A stretch of DNA of 64,000 nucleotides from Azolla caroliniana (GCA_043228905.1 JBHGNT010000014.1:310001-374000), one strand, 5' to 3'; shown: positions 38,790 through 53,311, counted from the first letter of the stretch. Program-made: numbers and translations. Notes: generated from the letters alone by a model not told the origin.

Positions 38790-39210
38790 CCTTATTTTGA
38801 GTATTGACAAGCATAACCTTTGTTTTTGGAGCTATTGACAAACTACTTTCCATACAAACAAATGTTTTTAATATACTCATAACATTTGGGTATATCTTCC
38901 AAAGTATTTGCAAAAAGTGCCATACCATCTCCAAATGATAAAATCACAATAAGTGTATTCCCAATGGCAACTTCTTAAATGGATTCTTGCATTACAAATT
39001 CCTCAACAATTTTAAAATTATAAACCTTTTGCTTATCGTCTTATAGAGGTTAGGTTATGTTATAATTCATCAATTTATAAACCAAATTGATATTGTGAGA
39101 GTGGGCATCCTTGATTCCTTACTAACACCAATAATTCTGATGAAATAATTGAATTCTCTACCCCATATGCACCTGACATATACCTTCTCATAGATTCGAT
39201 AAATGACAAG
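38790..39210 (-). mobile_element. Degenerate RTE-group LINE RT fragment
   Basis: Nucleotide similarity to 58545-58930, e.g. ACAAGCATAA.CTTTGTTTT.GAGCTATTGACA and GAGAGTGGGCATCCTTG. Confidence 0.7.
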
Positions 39211-39468
39211 TCTATATTCACTCGGTGCCGTGAATTCTTCATGGTTTGTCATAGTTTGTTGGAAGGGAGAAAAAGTTGATAAATCTAGGTTTTGACAAAT
39301 TGGAATATGTGTAGTGCTTAAAAGGCCCAAAAATTGCAATGAATGATAGCTCAAATAGAAAGTGTTTCCCAATAGAAAGATGAAGGGTGTTTGATACTCG
39401 TTAAACATAATTGGAGGGAAAAAGGAAATTATAGTGGGCAAGGCCAATTAAAAAGGTATGGTTTATTG

Positions 39469-39880
39469 TAGCAATTGGCAAAGATTTTGGGAGTTAAAAG
39501 CAATATATTTTATTGAACCTTAAACTAAACCTTGGAACCATTTAAATCAAACCATTTGAAGCTCAAACCAAATGGTTTAACAACTTTACAAACCATTAAG
39601 TTGTGGTTCAATTATGCACCGAACCATGAAACTAATATATAAATTTATTCATACTTAATAAACATTTCAAAAGGTTGTAACCCTAAACCATTAAGTTGTT
39701 TACGCCATGCCTTAAAGGCATGTAGACCGCAAATTGTTAAACCGTTTAAATTGCAAACTATTAAGTGTTTAAGCCACAATTTGGAGCCATTTAAACTGCA
39801 GATTGGTAAGCCAATAAAGGCTCAAACAAAACAAAACCAAACCGAACCTTGAACCCCAAACCAAATCGAACAAAAAACAA
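39469..39880. mobile_element. Truncated MITE of the AACCG-rich hAT type
   Basis: Starts TAGCAATTGGCAA, AACCA-rich body, no right TIR. Confidence 0.45.
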
Positions 39881-40079
39881 ACATTTATCGCGAAATTTTG
39901 TGCATGCGTGTGAAACTTGAGTGGGACCACCGGGGACTTGAACCAAAGAGAATGGGATTGGAGGAGTCGATGGTGTTGAAGATTTCCACCCTTAGTTTCC
40001 TTTGGGAACTAAGTTGACCTAACTCTTAGTATTTTTGTATGCGTATGCTGTTGTTAAGTAATTTGTTTCACAATATAAA

Positions 40080-40432
40080 ACAAGGAGTGGTTTGAGCGTT
40101 TGGAAAAGATTCAAAGACCCAACAACTTAGAAATGGGTGACAACATGACACACCCTATCAAGCACATGCGGATCCCAATATTCGTCAAGGAAGGGAAAGC
40201 AAAGTACATGGAGAATGTAATTCATGTGTTGAATATTGCTAAGAATTTGATCTTTGTCGGCCAAATGGTAGAATAGGGCATGAAGGTGAAGTTCAATGAA
40301 AGCGATGCTTTATTGAAAAGGATGGATGTTGGTTCTAGATGTTGATGCACAAAGGATGTTGTGTAATGTTCGTACAAAACGATTCACTAATGGACCTTGA
40401 CTTGTGGCACAAACGAATAAGCCACATCAACA
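40080..40432 (+). mobile_element. Old Copia fragment (post-protease to pre-integrase), related to element B
   Basis: Similar to 54320-54700; ends DLWHKRISHIN. Confidence 0.65.
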
Positions 40433-40816
40433 CATTGTGTGTGTATATATATGTGTGTGTGTTGAGAATCAAAATCAACTTCCTTAGTGTGGGAACACAC
40501 CTTAGCATACCTAGGTGTGAACACCCCGTCTTCTAATATAGTAACTAGTGTGCCATAGAACCTTAAAGTTCTATGACACATATTTACTGTAGTTAAGTCT
40601 CTAGGAAGGTGACTACATAAGCACCTCTCTCCTCCTCTGTGCAATGGTTGGTTGTCTTATTCTTGTTAATACAGTTTTTTGGTTTTTTCTTTATAACTCT
40701 ACTCTCTCTCTCTCTCTTTGGGGAGTAGAAGCAATAAAGAAAATAAAGAAATGTGAGCTACACCTCTTAGAAGCCATGGATGGGGCAATCTATACACTAA
40801 GACCATGGGTCACACC

Positions 40817-43800
40817 TATTAGAAATATTGAGAATCGAGTAGATAGGTATATAGAGTTACAACTGCAGAGATGGATATATGAAAACAGAATTTCTATTAC
40901 ATATGAGAGTAGTTCAAAATGGTAGTTTTCCCATGCGCTCACACCTTAGAGCTTAGATAGGATATGGGCCGGCTCACTACAAAATTAGTGGGGACAAATG
41001 ATCAATCTGACCACTGTGTGAGAAAAGTGACTTATAATCTATGTTTGGTCTTAGTATAAATGTGCAAGTCAGTTGACAGTAGTGGAGATATTCCTTTTCT
41101 GTCAACTGACTTGTCATTTAATATGACCCAACTCCCTAGGTACAGGCTAGTGCTAGATAATACTTATCTTGAAGTCAATGACGCATACTTCAAGACTAAG
41201 TACATCGTAACTTGCCCACAAAATATTCTAGCTGACTTGATTAGCCAATCCTTTTATCTATTTCTCTCTTTCCTAAATATATTGTGTCCTACGCATCTAC
41301 GGTTTCCTAGATTAACACCTTATCGACCCATATGGTCGAGTTGCACACTAGCCGCTCCTCATTTGGGGCGCTATCACAAAATGTGCACTCTAAGAGCACA
41401 TATGGGGATAGATTTACAACTTGGGGCTGATCATTGATTATATCTAACACGCCCCCTCAATGATCAACCCATTGAGTTCACTTGGAATTGGGCCAACACC
41501 TAGTCGTCGAAGGTGTTGTTGCAACTGTTCTGCTCCAAGCGCCTTTGTGAAGATATCTGCAGCATTTTCTGATGTTGGACAGTACTCAAGCTCCACAATC
41601 TCATCATTTATTAGCTCCCGCACATAGTGATACTGAATCTCTATGTGTTTAGTACGTGCATGAAATACGGGGTTCTTGGCAATGGCCATGCAACTCTGAT
41701 TGTCACACCTCAATACCGTTGCCGTCCTTATTGGGACTGCCACATCCATAAGGATTCTTCTTAGCCAAACTACCTCGCATGCCGCTATGCATGCTGCTTT
41801 GTATTCTGCCTCCGTTGAAGATAGTGCCACTGTTGGTTGTTTTTTACTACTCCATGAAACAACTCCAGATCCTATTGAAAAACAATATCCAGAAACTGAT
41901 TTTCTGGAATCACTATCTCCAGCCCAATCGGAGTCGCAATATCCACTAAGTTGGTCAATTGTTGGCTTGTAGAAGATTCCATAATTTAAAGTACCCACAA
42001 TGTACTTTAATACACGTAGAGCAGCTTTCCAATGAGTCTCCTTCGGCTTGTTGCTGAATCGACTCACCACATTGACTGCAAAACAAATATCCGGCCTAGT
42101 GTTGCATAGGAAAATTAGACTTCCTACTAGTTGTCTATACTTCCTTATGTCAACCATTGGTGATGAGTCTTCTTGGGATAGCTTGCAGTTTGACTCCATT
42201 GGAGTCGACTTCGACTTGCTGTCCATCATCCCGAAGGTCTTCAAGATCTCTGTTGCATACTTTCTTTGTGACATGAAGATGCCGACCGAGGTTTGCCAAA
42301 CCTCAATTCCAAGGAAGTAGTGTAGAATCCCCAAGTCTGTCATTTCAAACTCAGTTTTCAAACACTCTTGTGTTTGGCCAATGCACTCTTCATGGTCACC
42401 AGTAAGTACTAGATCATCCACGTAAATGATAATGATGACTTGTTTCCCGTCCGTCATTTTGACATACATACTTGCATCCGAAGCACATTGCTTAAAGTCG
42501 ATTGATCGTAAGAAGCTGTCTATCCTCTTGTTCCAAGCTCTTGGTGCTTGCTTTAGACCATATAGTGCCTTCTTCAGCTTGCAAACTTTGTTTTCTGAAT
42601 TCGGTATCTCAAACCCCGGTGGTTGTGTCACATATACCTCCTCCTTGAGATGCCCATTCAGAAATGCTGATTTGACATCCATTTGATAAATCGGCCATCC
42701 TCTTGAAGCAGCCAACGCTATGACCATTCGAATTGTTGTCATGCGAGCTGTCGGGGCAAATGTTTCTTGTACATCGAACCCTTCAATTTGGGAGTATCCT
42801 TGCGCTACTAGCCTGGCCTTGAATTTCTCCAAAGAGCCATCAGCTTTATACTTTACTTTCCATACCCACTTCGTGCCTATCACCTTCTTCTTTGTTGGCC
42901 TCTCTACCAACTCCCATGTGTCATTTTTCATGATGCTATCATATTCTGATATCATCGCCTCTTTCCACTTCGGGTCGGCCATAGCTTCCTCCACCGAGGT
43001 CGGCTCACTCACTGAGCCTATGATGTCCACCATCAGAGCCATGTTGACAATGTGGTCAGAGGTTCTTCCTTGCTCCTGTATTCTTCTTGATCTTCGTAAT
43101 CCATCAGTTGAAGTTTCAGGAAACTCAACTTTAGGAGTATGATCATTGAAGAGTTGTTGAGCCCACTTAGGTATTTTCTTTACATGTGGGACTGGCATAG
43201 GCTGAACTAGTGAACCATTACCATCAGATGGTTCAACTTCCTTTTTTGGATAATGGGTCGGGATTGGGTAAAATACTTCTTCAGTTGATGAGATAACTTG
43301 AGAATCGTTGTTCTCAGCTAGCTGTGGTTGTTCCTCATCGAACACCACATCGCGGCTTGTCAATATCTTTCTTGCCTCTGGATCGTAGAGTCGATAGGCC
43401 TTTGACTCTTCACTATATCCGAGAAAGATACACTTTTTGCTTTTAGCATCCAACTTCTTTCTGCTCACATCTGGAATATGTGCGTAGCACATACACCCAA
43501 AGGTTCTGAAGTGCAGCACTGAAGGTTTCTTGCCTGAATAAGCTTCTTGGGGTGTTTTCCCTTGAAGTGCCTTCGTGTAGCTCCGATTGAGGATGTAAAC
43601 TGCTGTGTTCACTGCTTCAGCCCAGAATGGGTCGGGCAGCGCTTGTGCCTTCAACATACACCTAGCCATCTCGACAACTGTTCGATTTCGACGTTCGACA
43701 ACGCCATTTTGTTGTGGGGTGTAGGCAGTTGTAAGTTGGCGCTTAATTCCATGCTCTTTGCAATACTCACAGAATTCTATTGATAAGAATTCTCCACCTC

Positions 43801-45543
43801 GATCAGAGCGTAGCTCCTTCACTAACTTTCCAGACTCTCACTCGACAAACTTATGCCATCTTTTGAAGATTTTAAAAGCTTCAGCCTTCTCCCGAAGGAA
43901 GTAAACCCACATCTTTCTGCTGAAGTCGTCGACTATTAGCATATAGTAGAGAGATCCACCCATTGCAGGAGTCACCATTTTTCCGGAGAGGTCAATGTGT
44001 ATTAGCTGTAGAGGAGTCTTTGCCCGATTTTGACTCTCTTTTGGAATGGCTGATCTTTGATGCTTGCCCATCATACAAGCATCACAAACATGACTTAAGT
44101 CAGATAGGGTTGGCAACCCAACTACCATATTCGACTTCTTCATCTCCTTCAACACAGCAACGTTGAGATGCCCAAATCTCTCATGCCATTGCTTTGTGTT
44201 GGTACTTGTGCTGTGGTCAGTAGAAATGGTAAACGCGCTCAGCTCATAGAGATTGTTGCGCCTCACCCCTATTCCTACAACCTTGCCAGCAGAATCTGTT
44301 ATTTCTGCACCCAACTTCTTGAATCGAACATCAAGACCCTTGTCAGTCAGTGCAGAAATGGACAGTAGATTCTTCTTCAGATCTGGCACGTACAACACTT
44401 GAGAGAGATGCTTTGTCCCACCGGTCGTTGCTTTGAGGGAGACGGTTCCGGTTCCTTTGGCCGGACATCGAGCATTGTTCCCGACCACAACATTGATGGG
44501 CTCTTGTAGAGGTGTCCAAGAACTGTACCAGTCACGATTACTGGTCATATGTCGGGATGCTCCACTATCGAGAATCCAAGACTCATCAACAACTTGAGTG
44601 TCAACTGAAGAACACACTTCTTCAGTTGCGACCCATAACTCAAGTTCATCTACGACATTGTTAGCGGACTCGGGCTCTCTCCAAGAAGTCTTATTAGAAC
44701 CATTCTTCTCATCCGCCATCTTCTTTCGACAATCCTTGATTGTGTGACCCTTCTTGTCACAGTAGAAACACGATCCATTGAACTTCTTCTTCTTCGGTAT
44801 CCTATTCGCATTGTTTGAATTGGATGCCCCTTCACCCTTAGTCCTAGAGACAAATGCTGAATCTTCCCTTTCTTCTCTTGTCTTCAGCTGAAGCTCCTCT
44901 TCAAGCAGCATTGCACTTAGTTCATCAAATTTTAAAGGAGTGGGTCGAACCTGAGTGTTCAATGCTGTCACAATGCCATCATACTTGAAAGGAAGTACTC
45001 GAATGCACCGACGAGCCATATCCTCTTGAGAGACGACTACTCCAACAGCCGCCAGCTGATCTTGAAGATCCTTAATCCTTTTTACAAAGGATTCTACTTT
45101 CTCTCCATCAGCGAGCTTCTCTGCAGCAAGCTGATTTTCGAGGTTTTGTATCCTTGTATAGTTTCTGGTCTCATACTGGCTGGCCAATATGCTCCAAGCT
45201 TCATGTGCCCTAGTTGTATGTTGCACTAGTGTTAGTACGGAGTCACATACACCAGTGACTATGGTACATAGCGCATCAGCATTCCTTCTCTTCCAGGCTC
45301 GAAGTAGATCAGCATTTGGAGGAATTGATGTGGTAGGGTGTGCAGGGTCAAAGGTTGCCATGGGCTCAGGGTCTCCCCCTGTGGGTCCCATGATTGTTTC
45401 CAACAACTCGTAGGAATCCAAAATGGCAGACATTTTGAACTTCCATAGAGTGTAGTTGGTTCCATCTAGCTTTCCATCAGACAATGGAGGTGGGCGAATG
45501 CGCAATGGAGCAGCTGCAACATTCGTGGACAAGGCCATTGATA

Positions 45544-45603
<60 letters not shown>

Positions 45604-46306
45604 TTCTCTCTGTTGCTAGACAGCAACTACCCGTATATACCTAATCTAGATCAACCTCTTCGCTCTGATACCATATTAGAAATATTGAGAATCGAGTAGA
45701 TAGGTATATAGAGTTACAACTGCAGAGATGGATATATGAAAACAGAATTTCTATTACATATGAGAGTAGTTCAAAATGGTAGTTTTCCCATGCGCTCACA
45801 CCTTAGAGCTTAGATAGGATATGGACCGGCTCACTACAAAATTAGTGGGGACAAATGATCAATCTGACCACTGTGTGAGAAAAGTGACTTATAATCTATG
45901 TTTGGTCTTAGTATAAATGTGCAAGTCAGTTGACAGTAGTGGAGATATTCCTTTTCTGTCAACTGACTTGTCATTTAATATGACCCATCTCCCTAGGTAC
46001 AGGCTAGTGCTAGATAATACTTATCTTGAAGTCAATGACGCATACTTCAAGACTAAGTACATCGTAACTTGCCCACAAAATATTCTAGCTGACTTGATTA
46101 GCCAATCCTTTTATCTATTTCTCTCTTTCCTAAATATATTGTGTCCTACGCATCTACGGTTTCCTAGATTAACACCTTATCGACCCATATGGTCGAGTTG
46201 CACACTAGCCGCTCCTCATTTGGGGCGCTATCACAAAATGTGCACTCTAAGAGCACATATGGGGATAGATTTACAACTTGGGGCTGATCATTGATTATAT
46301 CTAACA
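40817..46306 (-). mobile_element. Element C: young Ty1/Copia (Ale/Ivana-like)
   Basis: 633-bp LTRs 40817-41449 and 45674-46306 with 2 differences seen, TSD ACACC at 40812-40816 and 46307-46311, iMet PBS at 45662-45673, PPT at 41450-41460. Confidence 0.96.
41444..45538 (-). pseudogene. gag-pol: Gag-pol of C with one in-frame stop
   Basis: ORFs 43838-45538 and 41444-43822 are in frame ([19 protein letters not shown]). Motifs CFYCDKKGHTIKDC, WILDSGAS, YVDDL, ADIFTK. Confidence 0.95.
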
Positions 46307-47788
46307 ACACCCACACCAAAACCCTTTGACCTCCCACTTCTTTTCAAGAGGCTTGGGTGGAAATGAAATTAGGCTTAGTGCAAAGTCACTTCCTTTTATT
46401 GAGTATACCACGATTTGTATACTACTAGAACTCTTTTAGCTTAAGTTCTATTTTTACTTTATTTTATTTTAGTTCTGATGATTGGATATTTAATACCCAT
46501 TTTGTTGTAAACCAACTGTCTCATGGGCCAAATTTGGCCTTAGAAGATGTTAATATATCTTTCTTTCTTTCTGTCTGTTTGTCTCCTACACATAAAGACA
46601 CATATCCCTTCTGTTGCACAGAATCATTCCTGATTCTTTACATGGTATAAGAGCGATTGGTAGCCTAATCCAAACCTATCCACATGTGTTGTTTCTAAGC
46701 CCATGTTCATGAAGAACCCACCAATCGCTGTAGCAACAACTTGCATAGTTTGCATTGAGAGGAGGAGAAGAAGAAAACGAAAACTCGCTCCATATAAATC
46801 AGCAAGTATGAATACTCAAATGGGAAGCTCTCTTCCCACTGAGAAACTCGATAGAAACCACTTTGCATTTTGGGAGTACAAGATGCATCAATACCTTGTT
46901 GGCCAAGGCAATTGGGGTTATATTGAGGGAGCACAAGAATCGCAACCCAACCCAACACATGTTGACTACCCAGCTTGGGAGCAAGCGGCGAGTCGTGTGT
47001 TGTACTGCCTTGCATCATGCGTTCATGATCACATGCTCGACTATATTCGAGAGGCCAAAATGCAGAGAGAGGCGTGGGGGAACCTCAAGAAGGTTTTCAT
47101 GGCCAACACGACCGCAAGAAAGCTTCAACTCCGTCAAGAGTTGAACGGTATACAATAGAGGGACATGTCAATCGGCAACTACACCTTGAAGATCAAGAAA
47201 CTGTGTGATGTCCTCAGGTCGATCAATGTTAGCATCGATGATGATGAAATGGTGCAAATTTGCCTCAAAGGCTTAGCAGCTCAGTTCGAAGCTATTGGCC
47301 TAGAGTATGATCCGGAGGGTTAATGTACAAGGACGAGTCGGAGAATAGTATTATAATTAGAAGCATAATTATTAGTTAGGAAATATTATAGGAATGGGCG
47401 GATTTGGATAGTTGTATCGATCCTGATCCACACCGATTAATAGTGCCGGTAGCTGGTAAGGCAACGTTTTGTATTTCTTATCGGATGCCTATAAAAGGAT
47501 TCAGAATCGATGTAAATGTTTAACGGAAGTAATATGAGATTAGCGTTTTGTTTTAATTCTATTGTGTCTCTGCACTTGCCGTTCTGCACTTCAATGGTTA
47601 ATCTTACGCGTGACATAACTAATCTGTTGTATCTTAACAATCCGGAATGTAACAGGAAATAGTCGGATCAGAATAAAATAATTGGATAACATCCATCCCT
47701 TAACCACCCCTTTGGTGAAGTGTTCCGAAATGGACACCTTGTGTTTGAGGCTAAGTCCAGCCCAATGTAAACATAGCCTACCGGCCTA

Positions 47789-48445
47789 GTGCAAACAACC
47801 GTTGCGGCAGAGCTCATCAAGCAGCTCAAGAACAAGAAAGAGGCCATAGAAGACAAGATGAAACTGGGCATCACAAGAATCTGGATGATCATCACAACAT
47901 GGAGGGACCAAACAAAGATAAAGATAGATGATTGTTTGACGACGGTATGGAATGAATGCCACGACAAGCGGCAGAACTAGAGTTGCTGCGGGTAGATGCT
48001 GAAAACCGGAAGAAGGTCAACGATAACTTACTTCTACAAAATGGATGAAGAAAGTATTGTTACCATCCGGGAAGAACTTTCAAATGATTTTTATGCCTTG
48101 GCTAAAACCCAAATTGAGGCTGTCCGGAAGCTCCTCGACAGGTTGGAGGATGATCAACTCGACACACAACTTCAGTTTGAGAGATATGAGCGGGACCGTT
48201 GGCGGAAGGAAGCAGAAAAGCGAACGGAGGCCATTAACATTAGTGATGAGGAGCAATTGGCGGAGCCACAACCACAACCACAACCACAACCTGAGTTGCA
48301 ACCGAAAGGAGCCGAAAATGAGCAAATGAAAGAATCTAGAACGGAACATCCTGAAGGAGCCAGAGCAGAGCAACAACAACAGAAGGAAGAAGAACCACTC
48401 GAACCTTTGGATCAGAGTATATTAGACATACTTGATGAAGATTGA
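47789..48445 (+). pseudogene. Unknown helical/acidic ORF inside E
   Basis: ORFs 47789-47980 and 47996-48445 share a frame; coiled-coil-like segment, (QP)n and acidic tail; no retroelement enzyme motifs. Confidence 0.5.
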
Positions 48446-48529
48446 TGGAGCTAAATAGTGGGTTTGACATGCAATGCACTGTCCCACGGGCGTGTCATGT
48501 GTGGCCAAGAGTATGATCCGAAGGGTTAA

Positions 48530-51500
48530 TGTTGGGAATGAAGGGCCATCGTGCCTTTTATTAGTGCACGAGTGTGAACGTACTCATAGCACACTTTTGA
48601 ATTGTATATACATAATATCAAAAAACAAAAAAGAGGTACACTCTTTGTACCCAAGACAGTGTGCATCTCTCTCTCCCTTTGCCTCTCACTCAGACTCTCT
48701 CCCTCTCTGTTTTTGACCTAAACCCTAATCCTCGTGCTGCCTTCAAACTAGTATCAGAGTAGAGTTTAGGGTTTTTTTGTAAAGCAGAGTTTAGGGTTTT
48801 CTACAGATCAGATCACGTTTTCTTCAGTGCAGGTTTGGTCCTTCATTTGGGCTAAGAAATCATGACTAACAGTAGTGACAGTAGCCACCTTATGCACATC
48901 AAGACGCTTGAGGGTGCACCTAACTTTGCGGTTTGGAAAAAACAGTGCTACAACATCCTGCTGCAGAAGAAGCATGCAAAGCCTATTAAAGTCAAAGGGG
49001 TAAAGCCTACAGATATGGACCAAGATGATTGGCAAGAGTTGATCGAGCTTGCACGCTCGACTATTGAGTTGTCGATTTCTGATGCCTTGCTGTTTAATAT
49101 TGAAGGTTTAGACTGTGCCTATTCGATATGGACTAGACTAAAGGAACTATATGCCCAGAAGATGACAACTAGCAAAGTTTATTAGCTTAAGAAACTTATG
49201 GATTTGCGCATGACAGAGGGTACACCCATGTCAACTCACCTGAGTGAGTTCAATTCCATTTTCAGCCAGCTGGTTGCCTTGAAATTCATCATTGATGATG
49301 AGTTTAAGGCCACATTTTTACTCTACACCTTGCCAGAAAGTTGGGATACTTTTAGGACTGCTATGAGCAATTCAAATGTGATGCTTCTTTATGCCGATGT
49401 AGAGAGTTCTCTACTCATGGAAGAGATGAGTCGGCAAAACAATGCATCCAATAAGTTCTCTAGTGTGTTGCATATGAGGGTAGGTCACAACAGAGAGGCA
49501 AATCTGATAGTTATGGCCGTAGTAAATCAAGTGGTAAAGATGTAGAATGCCATCACTGTGGCAAAAAGGGTCACTTTAAACGTGATTGTTTCAAATGGAA
49601 GAAAGAGAAAGGAAAGGACAAGAAGATAGATGATTTCATAGAAGAAAATAGAGACATTCAACTGAGGAAAGGCAATACTAAAATCGAAGAGGTGAATGTA
49701 GTCACTCATGATAGTGATAGTGGAAATGATGTACTCTTTGTTTCATCATGCCATAGAGAACATGCTTTACTTGCAGATACGGATGGTGACATGCACACTT
49801 GGATACTCGATTCTGGTGCTTCTTTTCACGTCAACCCTCATCGTAAGTGGTTTTCAAATTACACAGGGGGTTGACATGGTGTTGTCCATCTTGGGGACAA
49901 CAATGCATGTGAAATTGCATGTATTGGCATTATGCAATTACAGTTTCAGCATGGTTCTCCTTTCACACTTCAACATGTATAGCATGTACCTCAGCTTAAG
50001 AAGAGCTTGATTAGCACATGACAACTAGATGATGATGGATTTCACACAACCTTTGGTGATGGGAAATGGAAGATTTGTAAGGGATGTAGAGTTATTGCCA
50101 AGGGTAGTAAAAGTGATACTTTGTATCCTCTCCATGTATCTAGTGTGAGTGACCATGGTGTTGCCATAACTAAGCAGCCTAGTGTTTCTTTGTGGCATGG
50201 CCGGTTGGGACACATGAGTGAAGCTGGTATGAAAGTATTGTCTCGTTTAGGTTACTTGCCATGTCTTCGTTATGCTGACTTTAAACATTGTGATCATTGC
50301 ATTTATGGTAAACATGTACAAACATCTCATAAAAAGTCTCTTTCACTGAAATCGTCCCCACTTGAGTTAGTACATTCAGATGTATGTCAGATGCCAGGGC
50401 TATTATTAGGGGGAAAGAAATACTTAGTCATTTTTGTTGATGATGCTACACGGAAGGTATGAGTTTACCCTATTCATAGCAAGGATGAAGTGCTCGACAA
50501 GTTTCGAACATTTTTGGCATTAGTTGAGAATCAAATTGATAAGACACTTAAGTGTCTTCACTCTGACAATGGTGGGGAATATGTGTCCAAGGCCTTTCAA
50601 CCATTTTGTGATAGCAAAAGGGATAAAGAGGGAACTCACTACCCCTTATAATCCACCCCAAAATGGAGTTGTAGAGCGTATGAATCAGACTATTCAAGAT
50701 AAGGTCCGCATTATGCTGTCTCATGCTGCATTACCCCATGATTTTTGGGCAGAGGTTGTTATGACAGTTGTTCACTTGATTAATCGCTCACCTAACAGGT
50801 CTTTGGGAGGGGGAATACCCCAAGAAACATGGTTGGGTAATCCTCCTTCACATGCTCACTTGAGAGTGTTTGGCTGTGAGGCTTTTGTGCACATTCGTAA
50901 AGAAGAACGCAACAAACTTGAGCTGAAGTCCTGAAAATGTATTTTGCTAGGTTACGGTGACGAGGGTGAAATGGGGTATAGATTGTGGGATCCCGAGAAA
51001 AGACAAATAGTCACAACAATTATGTTATCTTCCGGAAAAATCGCATGCATAAGCAACCCGAAAAGACTGAGGAAGTAATGAGGGTTGTATTCCGAGAAGA
51101 AATACCTTTTAGACAGAAAAATGTGCTCGTTGTACAACAACAAACACCTGTTGTAAACTTACATGCAAATGCAGAAAATGAGGTTGGAAATGATTAGACA
51201 ACCTTTGCCAATAATGATGAGCCACCGAATGTGCAGGAACAGCTAGAACAACAAGCTGTTAATGCTGATTTGCAGGCTGAAATGTCGGGACAACAAGTTG
51301 AAAATGATGATTTGCAGGCTCAATAGCTACCAAACAATGAGCATTGGGTTAGGAGATTTTCTAGAGTTACTAGAAGGCTTGACATATTTGTTCCTAATGC
51401 AAACAATGTGGCTGATTATGTCATGGTAACTTATTGTGGCAAACCGACTTGCTTCAAGGAAGCAATGGACAGACAAAACAATAAGAAATGGTACAAAGCC

Positions 51501-53311
51501 ATGTTGTCAAAGATGGAATCTCTTGAGAAAAATGACACTTGGGATTTGGTGTAGTTGCCTCAAGGGCACAAAACACTTCCATGCAAATGGGTTTATAAAA
51601 TGAAGGTCATTTCTAGTTCCTCGCCAAAGTACAAAGTAAGATTGGTTGCAAAAGGATACAAGAAGGAATATGGAGTTGATTTTGATGAGATCTTCTCGCA
51701 TGTAGTCAAGATGACTACATTAAGGATCATTTTGGGCTTAGTTGTAGCTGAAGATATGGAGCTCATATAGATGGATGTGAAGACCGCCTTTTTACATGAC
51801 AATCTACATGAAGACATATATATGTAGTAGCCTGAAGGTTTTGTGGCTAAAGGCAAAGAGAAGATGGTTTGTAAGTTCAAAAGGAGTTTGTATGGGTTGA
51901 AACAAGCACCAAGAGAATGGTATCATCAATTTGATGCATTTATGCAGTCTCAAGGTTTTCGTAGAAGTCAAGTGGACCACTGCTTGTACACCAAGAAGGC
52001 AGGAGATGGCAACCTGATTATCTTGGTTTTGTATGTTGATGATATGTTGATTGCTGGAAAGGATATTCATGCCTTGGATTCATTGAAGCAAAGCCTTCAT
52101 GGCAGCTTTGATATGAAAGATCTTGGTGATGCAAATCACATCCTTCAGACATGCGAATACTCCAAAACCGCTCGAAAGGGGTACTCTTTCTATCTCAGCT
52201 GGAGTATATCTCTAAGGTTTTGCAACGTTTCAATATGGAGGGGGGGGGGGGGGGGGAATTGGGGTTCCATTACCTCCATATTTGAAACTTAGTGCAGAAG
52301 ACAACCCTACATCTGATGATGAGAAGGCTGAAATGGCTAAGGTTCCATATGCTTTAGCCATTGGCAGTTTGATATATGCGATGGTTGCTACACTCCATGA
52401 TATTGCCTTTGTAGTGGGAGTGGTTAGTAGGTATATGGAAAATTCCGGAAAACGCATTGGGAAGTGGTGAAAGGTATTATGAGATACCTCAAAGGCACAA
52501 AGAACTTGGGCATTTGCTTTGGAAAGCAAAAGGCATCTGTCATTGGTTTTACGGATGCAAACTATGTTGGTCATGCAAACTGCAGGAAGTCTACTTCTGG
52601 GTATGTGTTTACTTTCATAGGAGGAGCGGTCTCTTGGATCTCTAGACTACGAAAGTGTGTTTCATTGTCTACTATAGAGGCAGAGTATGTTGCTGCCACT
52701 AAGGCATGCAAAGAGGCTTTATGGCTTTCATATCTTGTGAGAGATCTTGGCATTACAGAGTTACCTATTCTTCATTGTGACAACCAGAGTGCTATCATGC
52801 TAGCTCGGAATCCCGTCTTTCATGCAAAGACGAAGCACATAGAGGTGAAGTATCACTTCATCAGAGATGTACTTGACAACAAGAACATTGAGCTTGTCAA
52901 AGTACATACAAAGAATAATCTTGCAGATCTTCTCATGAGGGGTCTTCCAGCTGAGCGATTTGCTCATTGTTGACAAATGATGGGAGTTGGATAGATGTAT
53001 GTAGTTCAGCTTTGTACATACTTGGACTTAGCTGACTTGCTTTTTATTTTCTCTAATGACACATTGCCTTTAGGTGGGAGGTTGTTGGGAATAAAGGGCC
53101 ATCGTGCCTTTTATAAGTGCACGAGTGTGAACGCACTGACTGGTATCACACTTTTGACTTGTATATACATAATATCTAAAAACCAAAAACGAGGTACACT
53201 CTTTGTACCCAAGACAGTGTGCATCTCTCTCTCTCTCCCCCCCTTTGTCTCTCACTCAGACTCTCTCCCTCTTTGTTTTTGACCTAAACCCTAATCCTCG
53301 TGCTGCCTTCA
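48530..53311 (+). mobile_element. Element D: decayed Tork-like Ty1/Copia
   Basis: LTRs 48530-48745 and 53083-53311 (TGTTGGGA..CTTCA), TSD GTTAA at 48525-48529 and 53312-53316, PBS TAGTATCAGAG, PPT AGGTGGGAGG, fragmented gag-pol 48862-52973. Confidence 0.93.

Larger units (their letters stand above)
40719..46570 (+). mobile_element. Short LINE-tail fragment (40719-40816 and 46312-46570) in the (CT)n tract of the B 5' LTR, split by element C
   Basis: Ends GTCTCATGGGCCAAATTTGGCCTTAGAAGATGTTAATATATCTTTCTTTC; absent from the B 3' LTR. Confidence 0.6.

Noticed and set aside
41060-41437. 125-aa ORF duplicated at 45917-46294
   Set aside because: Antisense reading of the two LTRs of C with no protein features
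47297-48529. Penelope-like element with pseudo-LTRs or hammerhead ribozyme
   Set aside because: No RT or GIY-YIG motifs and no hammerhead core seen in the repeats
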